Below, in pieces: positions 7,188-13,324 of a stretch of DNA of 23,078 nt. Positions within the stretch are counted from its first letter, which is position 1. Every line of letters begins with the position of its first letter. The DNA is from an uncultured Candidatus Saccharibacteria bacterium (GTDB lineage Bacteria; Patescibacteriota; Minisyncoccia; Phycocordibacterales; Phycocordibacteraceae). The stretch spans positions 1-23,078 of the forward strand of contig CAZHSZ010000012.1 of the NCBI GenBank assembly GCA_964535425.1, in the 5' to 3' direction. A program made the position numbers and the translations under genes. The notes under the pieces are model-generated. The model ran no database searches, was not told where the DNA came from, and saw nothing but the letters and a program-made list of their open reading frames with translations.

Positions 7188-7866
7188 CGCTCGTGTACCA
7201 AACTCCATCGGAATGATTCTCGACGGCAACCGTCGATGGGCGCGCGAGCACGGCCTGCCGCAATTGGAAGGGCATCGACGCGGCATGGAGAAAGTGAAGG
7301 AAGTGCTTTCGTGGGCAAGGGAGGCGGGAGTGCGCGAATTCATCGTGTACGCGTTTTCAACGGAGAACTGGAACCGCAGCCCGGAAGAAGTGGACTACCT
7401 CATGAATCTGTTCGCGGAGTTTTGCGAGAGCTGGTCGGAAGAGGTGAAGAAACAAAACTACAAGCTCGTCTTTATCGGCGAGCGCGAACGAGTATCTCCG
7501 GTATTGCGGGAAAAAATGAAGCAGGCGGAAGAGAAAACAAAAGACGGTTCCGAAGGTACGCTCGCAGTAGCGCTTTCTTACGGCGGCCGTGCGGAAATAC
7601 TTGCGGCAGTGAATGCCTTGCTTGCGTCAAAGGTCGACGCAGTCGACGAAGACTCCTTTAGGAAATCCATGTGGAGTGCTGGACTGCTTGATCCGGACCT
7701 TATTATTCGCACCGGTGGGGAGCAGCGCCTCTCAAACTTCCTTACCTGGCAGTCCACCTATAGCGAGCTCTTCTTTACGGACACCAAGCTTCCTGCTTTT
7801 TCAAAGGAAGAATTCCTTTCCATACTGAGTGAATTTGCGGAACGGGAACGTCGACACGGGCGATAG
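7180..7866 (+). CDS. uppS: undecaprenyl (cis-prenyl) diphosphate synthase
   Basis: 228 aa with the motifs ILDGNRRWA, FSTENW and ELFFTD. The start at 7180 overlaps the acyP stop by 8 nt. Confidence 0.9.
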   Translation: MTDARVPNSIGMILDGNRRWAREHGLPQLEGHRRGMEKVKEVLSWAREAGVREFIVYAFSTENWNRSPEEVDYLMNLFAEFCESWSEEVKKQNYKLVFIGERERVSPVLREKMKQAEEKTKDGSEGTLAVALSYGGRAEILAAVNALLASKVDAVDEDSFRKSMWSAGLLDPDLIIRTGGEQRLSNFLTWQSTYSELFFTDTKLPAFSKEEFLSILSEFAERERRHGR

Positions 7867-8205
7867 TTAACCCACAAGCCATTGGTGCTTGCCGCGGCGC
7901 TTCCAATCTAGAAGCACGACAATGACGCTTGCAAGGGTGAGAGGGAAGAGTAAGGCAAGCAATAGTTCTTCTATAGGAAACGCTGCGGGCCAGATCTGCA
8001 GAAGACCGTTACCGCTAAATGCCCAAGCATTCCAAGAAAGTGCGATTGATTCGGTAATCGATTGGAATAGAACGGCGAACACGGCAATGGGAAGTAACGT
8101 TCGCCGCTCTTTATAGAGGAGTTCTCTTTTACGGATATATATCAATAAAAGGATAGGGAGAGAAAAACCAAGTATATGCAACACGTACGTGAAGTCGGGA
8201 CTCAT
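7867..8205 (-). CDS. lycopene cyclase domain protein, CrtYc/CrtYd-like half
   Basis: 112 aa, about 3 TM helices, with the FPIEELLL (hPhEE) motif typical of the lycopene cyclase domain. It has an ATGA overlap with the upstream partner gene. Confidence 0.65.
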   Translation of the reverse strand: MSPDFTYVLHILGFSLPILLLIYIRKRELLYKERRTLLPIAVFAVLFQSITESIALSWNAWAFSGNGLLQIWPAAFPIEELLLALLFPLTLASVIVVLLDWKRRGKHQWLVG

Positions 8206-8525
8206 AGTGATTTGGCCCTACTTGATGAAAAAATAATCGTGAGAGACGTGAACAAAATTGTCATAAGTATCAGAAATACATACTCCTCGAATGGAATACT
8301 AAAAAAGTGTATGCCGAGAGTACTTGATGGCGGGAAATACCAAATCCGTTTTCCGAAAGAAAGAGCATCCCATATGACCGATACAGAAAAAGCCCCGAAA
8401 AGTGCCACCAGATATATACGGAAATAATGTTTCAATAACGCGAAATGCACGGAAAATAAAACAAGGATCGGCAGCACTAAGAATATGAGAATCCAGAGCG
8501 TATATGCCGGCATTACGAAAATCAT
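8202..8525 (-). CDS. lycopene cyclase domain protein, second half of a heterodimer-like pair
   Basis: 107 aa taken from the internal ATG at 8525, or from 8513. It carries the IPFEEYVFL motif. The rest of the 425-aa ORF-track entry is antisense to rluD and was rejected. Confidence 0.65.
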   Translation of the reverse strand: MIFVMPAYTLWILIFLVLPILVLFSVHFALLKHYFRIYLVALFGAFSVSVIWDALSFGKRIWYFPPSSTLGIHFFSIPFEEYVFLILMTILFTSLTIIFSSSRAKSL

Positions 8526-8558
8526 ACACCGCGGTACGCGGTATGGTAGGGTACGCGT

Positions 8559-9299
8559 ATGAATTTCACAGTGTTGTACGAAGACGATGATATCGTCGCC
8601 ATCGATAAGCCTGCGGGCGTGATGACGCATCCTGATGGCAAGACCACCGAAGAAACGGTGAGCGATTGGTTTGCGAAAAAATACCCGGACTCCAAAGAAG
8701 TGGGGGAGACGCAGAAGCTTCAGGACGGAAGCGAGATACGCCGCCCCGGCATCGTGCATCGGCTCGACCGCGATACGTCGGGCGTACTCGTCCTCGCCAA
8801 GACTGCGGAAGCGCACGAATTCTTGAAAGAAACATTCCATACCCGCGAGGCGAAGAAGACGTATCTTGCGTTTGCGTACGGCGTTCCGAAGGAGCGCAAC
8901 GGCACAATAGAGTTTTCCATCGGTCGTTCGCGCCAGGACTTCAGGCTTCGTTCCGCGCAGCCGAAAGCAAAGGGAACGCTTCGCGAGGCGATAACGCAGT
9001 ACGAAGTCATCGCGGACAACGGCACGCACTCGCTTATGAAAATCTATCCGCAGACAGGGAGGACGCATCAGATACGCGTGCACCTGAAAGCCATACATCA
9101 CCCAATCGTGTGCGATCCGCTCTACGCACCGAACCGTGCATGCGACCTCGACTTCGGACGGCTCGGCCTCCACGCGCTCTCGCTCGACCTTCCGTGGCAA
9201 AACGGGGAGCGACTCGTGCTTACGGCCCCAGTTCCTGAAGATTTGAAAAGAGGACTGGCCCGATTTGAGGGTGCGGACGGCATTCTTGCTACGGGATAG
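8559..9299 (+). CDS. RluA-family 23S rRNA/tRNA pseudouridine synthase, no S4 domain
   Basis: 246 aa with IVAIDKPAGVMTHP and the catalytic HRLDRDTSGVLVLAKT motif. Confidence 0.85.
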   Translation: MNFTVLYEDDDIVAIDKPAGVMTHPDGKTTEETVSDWFAKKYPDSKEVGETQKLQDGSEIRRPGIVHRLDRDTSGVLVLAKTAEAHEFLKETFHTREAKKTYLAFAYGVPKERNGTIEFSIGRSRQDFRLRSAQPKAKGTLREAITQYEVIADNGTHSLMKIYPQTGRTHQIRVHLKAIHHPIVCDPLYAPNRACDLDFGRLGLHALSLDLPWQNGERLVLTAPVPEDLKRGLARFEGADGILATG

Positions 9300-9323
9300 G
9301 CCGTATGCTACAGTTTCGCGACT

Positions 9324-9827
9324 ATGGCAGGCATCATTACTCCGGTTAAAACCGAAGAGCGCACCAAGCTCGGCATCCGCCCGGGCGATACGGTACGCGT
9401 ACACCAGAAGATTATTGAAAAGGGGAAGACCCGTACCCAGGCCTTTGAAGGTCTTGTACTCGCTACCAAGCACGGCCACGAGGCGGGAGGCACCTTTACG
9501 GTCCGCGCGACCCTCTCCGGCATCGGCGTCGAGCGCGTATTCCCACTTTTTGCTCCATTTATCGAAAAGATTGAAATCGTAAAGCGCTCGAAGGTCCGCC
9601 GCGCGAAGCTCTACTTCATCCGCGAGAAGGTTGCCCGCGAGGTACGCCGCCAGCTCCGCAATATGCGCATGATGAATGTCTCCACCGATGACTTCAAGGA
9701 AGAAGAAGCAGTTGCTGTAGAAGAGGTAGTAGACGCGGTCGCTGAGGCGGTCGAGGAGGCTACGGACGGCGCTTCCGAGGAAATGGTTTCCGTAGAAGAG
9801 GCGAAGGAGGAAGAAGCGAAGGCATAA
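9324..9827 (+). CDS. rplS: 50S ribosomal protein L19 with an acidic C-terminal extension
   Basis: The first ~115 aa are L19-like ([27 protein letters not shown]...RRAKLYFIR). The last ~50 aa are an E/A/V-rich tail. Confidence 0.9.
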   Translation: MAGIITPVKTEERTKLGIRPGDTVRVHQKIIEKGKTRTQAFEGLVLATKHGHEAGGTFTVRATLSGIGVERVFPLFAPFIEKIEIVKRSKVRRAKLYFIREKVAREVRRQLRNMRMMNVSTDDFKEEEAVAVEEVVDAVAEAVEEATDGASEEMVSVEEAKEEEAKA

Positions 9828-9841
9828 ATTTGTAATTACGG

Positions 9842-9878
9842 AGCCGGCCCGCTATAGTAGGCGGGCCGGCTTTGTTTT
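9842..9878 (+). terminator. intrinsic terminator after rplS
   Basis: The hairpin agccggcccgc-tatagtag-gcgggccggct has an 11-bp stem and is followed by ttgtttt. Confidence 0.8.
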
Positions 9879-9893
9879 AAAGCCTATGCACCT

Positions 9894-9975
9894 GCCCAGG
9901 TGTTGAAATTGGTATACAAGCTACCTTGAGGTGGTAGTGCCGAAAGGCGTGGAGGTTCGAGTCCTCTCCTGGGCA
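9894..9975 (+). tRNA. tRNA-Leu (anticodon GAG)
   Basis: Acceptor gcccagg/cctgggc, anticodon arm ctacc-ttGAGgt-ggtag, long variable arm and T arm ggagg-ttcgagt-cctct. Confidence 0.9.
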
Positions 9976-9980
9976 CACAT

Positions 9981-10020
9981 AAAAAGAATGTCCGACGCGG
10001 GAGCGTCGGCTTTCTTTTTT
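9981..10020. terminator. bidirectional terminator after tRNA-Leu(GAG)
   Basis: The sequence aaaaaga...ccgacgc-ggga-gcgtcgg-c-tttctttttt has an A tract upstream and a T tract downstream of the hairpin. Confidence 0.7.
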
Positions 10021-10147
10021 GTGGCACCAGGAGAGGACTCGAAAGCGAGTGCGTAGACCGGTTCAGCAGAACCGGTAGCGCGAGCAGGGCCGAGAAATTT
10101 CTGCGAGCGACGGCGAGCAGAAATGTTCTTGGCCGAGCCTCTCCAGG
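10021..10147. repeat. tRNA-3'-end-mimic structured element, copy A
   Basis: 10027-10043 is the exact reverse complement of tRNA-Leu 9956-9972. There are internal hairpins at 10037-10050, 10057-10076 and 10097-10124. The closing arm 10138-10147 pairs with 10027-10036. Conserved blocks are shared with copy B. Confidence 0.7.
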
Positions 10148-10191
10148 ACACTTTTCTCGCTATACACATCCCCAAACTCCTCCTTCTGCAC

Positions 10192-10197
10192 TACAAT
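10192..10197 (+). promoter_or_regulatory. -10 box TACAAT, 6-nt spacer to ATG at 10204
   Basis: The sequence reads cTACAATaaaaaaATG. Confidence 0.4.
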
Positions 10198-10203
10198 AAA
10201 AAA

Positions 10204-10395
10204 ATGAAACAGCGCCTCCTCAAAGCTCTTGAAGTTTCGCTTGAGTGGCGCATCATCGCGTTCGTCATTACGGAACTTTTCCTCTGGGCTACCACCGGCG
10301 AGCTCTGGCACGCGACGATGCTTGCGGTGGGCCTGCAGGCGGTATTGTTCATCGCGTACTTCGGCTGGTACTTCGTTCGCGAGACGCATCCGTAG
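10204..10395 (+). CDS. small membrane protein, DUF2061-like
   Basis: 63 aa. The sequence LEWRIIAFVITELFLWATTGELWHATMLAVGLQAVLFIAYFGWYFVRE resembles the DUF2061 pattern (tWR...TG...YY.hER). Confidence 0.55.
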   Translation: MKQRLLKALEVSLEWRIIAFVITELFLWATTGELWHATMLAVGLQAVLFIAYFGWYFVRETHP

Positions 10396-10460
10396 GGAAG
10401 CGTCCTTTCTAAGGTTCAATTCGCGTGGTATAAGTGCGACACAGTGCTTCGTGCGCGCAT

Positions 10461-10534
10461 GGCGGCTTTAGCTCAGCTGGTAGAGCACCTGGTTGTGGTC
10501 CAGGCGGTCGTGGGTTCGAGCCCCACAAGTCGCC
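10461..10534 (+). tRNA. tRNA-His (anticodon GUG) with genomically encoded G-1
   Basis: G-1 precedes acceptor gcggctt/aagtcgc and the discriminator is C. The anticodon arm is cctgg-ttGTGgt-ccagg and the T arm is gtggg-ttcgagc-cccac. Confidence 0.9.
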
Positions 10535-10541
10535 CAGAAAT

Positions 10542-10578
10542 AAAAACCGGATGAGGAGCATCCGGTTTTTCTATTTTT
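10542..10578. terminator. bidirectional terminator after tRNA-His
   Basis: The hairpin aaaaaccggatg-aggag-catccggttttt has a 12-bp stem and is followed by ctattttt. Confidence 0.8.
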
Positions 10579-10706
10579 GCGGACGACTTGTGGGGCTCGA
10601 AGGCGAGCGCGGGCACCTTTCCAGCAGGGAAGGTCGCGCGAGCAGGGCCGAGCGGAGCTAGGAGCGACGGCGACGAAGCGAGCGCTTGGCCGTGCCCACA
10701 AGCCCC
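10579..10706. repeat. tRNA-3'-end-mimic structured element, copy B
   Basis: 10584-10601 is the exact reverse complement of tRNA-His 10515-10532. There are hairpins at 10595-10608 and 10615-10634. The blocks GCGCGAGCAGGGCCGAG, GAGCGACGGCGA and TTGGCCG are identical to copy A at a constant offset. The arm 10695-10702 pairs with 10587-10594. Confidence 0.7.
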
Positions 10707-10716
10707 GTATTTCTGC

Positions 10717-10722
10717 TACACT
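10717..10722 (+). promoter_or_regulatory. -10-like box TACACT, 8-nt spacer to mscL ATG at 10731
   Basis: The sequence reads gcTACACTctcctcgtATG. Confidence 0.4.
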
Positions 10723-10730
10723 CTCCTCGT

Positions 10731-11120
10731 ATGAAACTCATCGAAGAATTCAAAGCGTTCGCGATGCGCGGCAACGTCATCGACCTCGCTTTCGCAGTCA
10801 TTATCGGCACCGCGTTCGGCAAGATAGTCTCCTCGCTCGTCGAGGACATCATCATGCCGCCCATCGGCTTCCTTATCGGCGGCATAAACTTCTCCGACCT
10901 TGCGATATCGCTTGAGACGGGAATCGGTGCGCCGGTACTCATAAAGTACGGCGTTTTCATCCAGGCGCTGTTTGATTTCCTTATCGTTGCGTTCGTGCTC
11001 TTTATGGCGCTCCGCCTCCTGAACAAGCTTCAGAAACCGAAGGAGGCTCCGGTAGAGGCTCCGAAGAAGAGCGAAGAACTCCTCGTGCTTGAGCAGATTC
11101 GCGATTCCCTTAAAAAGTAA
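10731..11120 (+). CDS. mscL: large-conductance mechanosensitive channel
   Basis: 129 aa. [40 protein letters not shown] is the canonical MscL N-terminus. Confidence 0.9.
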   Translation: MKLIEEFKAFAMRGNVIDLAFAVIIGTAFGKIVSSLVEDIIMPPIGFLIGGINFSDLAISLETGIGAPVLIKYGVFIQALFDFLIVAFVLFMALRLLNKLQKPKEAPVEAPKKSEELLVLEQIRDSLKK

Positions 11121-11130
11121 CCAGTAGTAT

Positions 11131-11164
11131 GCAAAACCGCCCCGCGGACGCGGGGCGGTTTTGC
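11131..11164. terminator. terminator after mscL
   Basis: The hairpin gcaaaaccgccccgc-ggac-gcggggcggttttgc has a perfect 15-bp stem. Confidence 0.8.
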
Positions 11165-11178
11165 ATTTCCAAAAGAGG

Positions 11179-11184
11179 TATACT
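11179..11184 (+). promoter_or_regulatory. -10 box TATACT, 6-nt spacer to ATG at 11191
   Basis: The sequence reads ggTATACTgccgtcATG. An AAGAGG run 12 nt upstream of the ATG is an alternative, poorly spaced SD. Confidence 0.4.
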
Positions 11185-11190
11185 GCCGTC

Positions 11191-11859
11191 ATGAAATCAC
11201 TTGTCGCAGGCATCGTGCTTATCATCCTTATCGGCATAGGAGGCTTCATCTACCGGAACGTGCAAGAGCGCACGGGAGGGCCCTCCGCGGTTGCCTGTAC
11301 CGAAGAGGCACGGGTTTGTCCTGATGGCAGCTCGGTAGGGAGGAGCGGGCCTGCGTGCGAGTTTGCGCCCTGCGCCTTTCCGAACGTCGCATTCGCCGAC
11401 GCTAAGATTGCGCTCGCCGTGCCTACGGGATATGTGGTCGGCGTACAGGAACCGGGAGCAGATGGAGAGCTGCCAGGCATGCTCGCGTTTTACCAAAAAC
11501 CTGCGGGGGACGGCTCGTCCCATTTCATCACGCTCTATGAGTACGCGATTCCGGAAGGGAAGACCGCCGAAGACGTGATACTCGCGAATACGGTCTTCTC
11601 GCCCTCAGGTGAGAATGCGAAAGATATGAAGGAATTCAAGCCGGTACTGATCGATGGACGCACCTTTCAAGGAGTCGTTATAGAAAGATTCGAGGGACAG
11701 GTGGCGAGCTCGTACTACCTTGCGCGCGAGAAGAGCGTGCTGCGCTTCGATGTCATTGAAAGAGACGTGAAAGACTGGACCGACCCGAAGCTTGTGGTGG
11801 GGAATCTCCCGGAGCATAAAGCGCTCCTGCAAATGCTCTCGACGCTTACGCTCAACTGA
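11191..11859 (+). CDS. membrane-anchored or secreted hypothetical protein with a Cys-rich motif
   Basis: 222 aa with the N-terminal TM helix LVAGIVLIILIGIGGFIY, followed by CTEEARVCPDGSSVGRSGPACEFAPC (4 Cys). Confidence 0.6.
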   Translation: MKSLVAGIVLIILIGIGGFIYRNVQERTGGPSAVACTEEARVCPDGSSVGRSGPACEFAPCAFPNVAFADAKIALAVPTGYVVGVQEPGADGELPGMLAFYQKPAGDGSSHFITLYEYAIPEGKTAEDVILANTVFSPSGENAKDMKEFKPVLIDGRTFQGVVIERFEGQVASSYYLAREKSVLRFDVIERDVKDWTDPKLVVGNLPEHKALLQMLSTLTLN

Positions 11860-11860
11860 T

Positions 11861-12502
11861 ATGACTTCCCAAGGAGAAGGGTGGGACTTGAACGATACGA
11901 AGGATTACGTGCCGGCGCATGCACCGGGTGCGGAAACGTATAACGGACGGGAGATAGTTTTCGAATCGTTCGGGGATGAGGCGGAGGTAGACGCGTTAAG
12001 AAACGAACTTCTCCTTCCAATGTCTTCGGAAAAAATCCGCGGATACTTGGGTGACATGCTCGAATACCTTTCGTGGCCGGTGAGCAAAGATGGGTTCGAC
12101 TTCGACGAGTCAGGTAAGGAAATCGATCCTTCGGAGGCTCATGAGCTGCGACGCGCATGGGAGCGCACGCTTGCGGGCGCAGACAAGCTTATCCTTGATA
12201 AGACCGCATTTAGCTGGAATCAGATTGGCGGAATATTGAACATGTTCGCCTTCATTCAGCAGTTTACGGAAATGCCGGTAATGGCGGAACAGTTTAAAGG
12301 GAAGGACGGGACCGTACCTGCGGAAGTGATACGCGAGGTAGGAGATACTGCAACGTCGCTTCTTGCCGAATTGAACACGAGCTATAAGACGCTCGGCTTC
12401 GCGAAGCGCCTCGCGGTGGTGAAAGAATTCAGGGCGTTCGTGAAAGTCGCGGTCAGGAAACTTCTGGACGCCTATACGACTACTCAAGCCCGAGAAGCAT
12501 AA
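11861..12502 (+). CDS. hypothetical cytoplasmic protein (213 aa)
   Basis: The ORF starts 1 nt after the upstream stop codon. I recognise no motif. Its 3' end overlaps the convergent ZIP gene by 23 nt. Confidence 0.5.
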   Translation: MTSQGEGWDLNDTKDYVPAHAPGAETYNGREIVFESFGDEAEVDALRNELLLPMSSEKIRGYLGDMLEYLSWPVSKDGFDFDESGKEIDPSEAHELRRAWERTLAGADKLILDKTAFSWNQIGGILNMFAFIQQFTEMPVMAEQFKGKDGTVPAEVIREVGDTATSLLAELNTSYKTLGFAKRLAVVKEFRAFVKVAVRKLLDAYTTTQAREA

Positions 12503-13238
12503 CCATCGCCGCAAGGCCGATGACGATTACGACAAACTGTAGTACGGAGCGCCCGCCACCCTTCGTTTTCTGCAGTTCCGGCACGAGGTCGGCAAGCGCG
12601 ATGTAGATGAAGTTGCCTGCGGCAAACGCGGCAATGAGAGGCGCAAGCGACTCACCGAGCGATGAGAGCCAGAAGGCGAGCCCGAGGCCGAGGAATGCGG
12701 TGAGCGCGGAAGCGAAGTTCAGGAGAAGCGCTTTTGTGCGCGAAAAGCCTGCGTGTATGAGAAGGCCGAAGTCGCCGATTTCCTGGGGAATTTCATGGAG
12801 CGCGATCGCGATGGCGGTTGCGATACCCACTTCAGGAGACACGAGGAAGGCGGCGCCAATGGCAAGGCCGTCGACGAGGTTGTGGACGCCGTCGGAGACG
12901 AGCACGAGGTGGCCGACCGGATGTATGCGCGCATGCTCTGCAGAGAACTCGTCTTCGCCGTGACTATGGTGCCAGTGCAGGAACTTTTCGAGTACGAAGA
13001 ACGTGAGAATGCCCGCAAGCACAAGGAGCGACACGGTGAGCGGATCGCTCGCCTCCTCAAACGCTTCCGGAAGGAGGTGGATGAAGGCGTCTCCAAGGAG
13101 GGCGCCGGCGGCAAGCGAGATAAGGAGGAAGAGCGCACGCTTCAGGAAGTCCTGCTTTAGGGAGAGGGTCGTAATGCCGATAAGGGAAACGAGGCTTACG
13201 GCACCGACCGCAAGCGCGCCTTGTATGAGCGGAGTCAT
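12480..13238 (-). CDS. ZIP family metal (Zn/Fe) transporter, ZupT-like
   Basis: 252 aa, multi-TM, with the motifs GDAFIHLLPEA, HNLVDGLAIGAAF and ALHEIPQEIGDF and a His-rich loop HWHHSHGED. Confidence 0.85.
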   Translation of the reverse strand: MTPLIQGALAVGAVSLVSLIGITTLSLKQDFLKRALFLLISLAAGALLGDAFIHLLPEAFEEASDPLTVSLLVLAGILTFFVLEKFLHWHHSHGEDEFSAEHARIHPVGHLVLVSDGVHNLVDGLAIGAAFLVSPEVGIATAIAIALHEIPQEIGDFGLLIHAGFSRTKALLLNFASALTAFLGLGLAFWLSSLGESLAPLIAAFAAGNFIYIALADLVPELQKTKGGGRSVLQFVVIVIGLAAMVMLLGLE

Positions 13239-13245
13239 ACGGGGA

Positions 13246-13251
13246 AGAATA
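13246..13251 (-). promoter_or_regulatory. -10-like box TATTCT, 7-nt spacer to ATG at 13238
   Basis: The minus strand reads gcTATTCTtccccgtATG. Confidence 0.4.
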
Positions 13252-13312
13252 GCATTTAGGTCATAAAAGGCCGATAACCTCGTCGTGATATAGTGAACCC
13301 CGCATTACCACA

Positions 13313-13318
13313 TAAATA
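13313..13318 (+). promoter_or_regulatory. -10-like box TAAATA, 6-nt spacer to ATG at 13325
   Basis: The sequence reads caTAAATAttaagtATG. Confidence 0.35.
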
Positions 13319-13324
13319 TTAAGT

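Noticed and set aside
8526-9479. N-terminal ~318 aa of the 425-aa minus-strand ORF (8202-9479), which runs antisense through rluD and into rplS
   Set aside because: It is Arg-rich with shadow-ORF composition. It is exactly antisense to a well-supported RluA-family gene, and only its last 107 aa (8202-8525) look like a real membrane protein with a lycopene cyclase motif.
10129-10134. The conserved TTGGCC in elements A and B as a -35 promoter box
   Set aside because: The spacing to the conserved TAYACW hexamer is 26 nt in both copies, which is too long for a sigma-70-type promoter. In copy A a better -10 box (TACAAT) lies right at the gene start.
10021-10706. Possibility that elements A and B are real tRNA genes, tmRNA, SRP RNA or 6S RNA
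   Set aside because: They have no D arm and no 7-nt anticodon loop; the hairpin loops are 4 nt. They are too short for tmRNA or 6S RNA. The AGCA sequence sits in a terminal loop rather than in the SRP helix 8 internal loop, and two copies with different ends argue against a single-copy housekeeping RNA.
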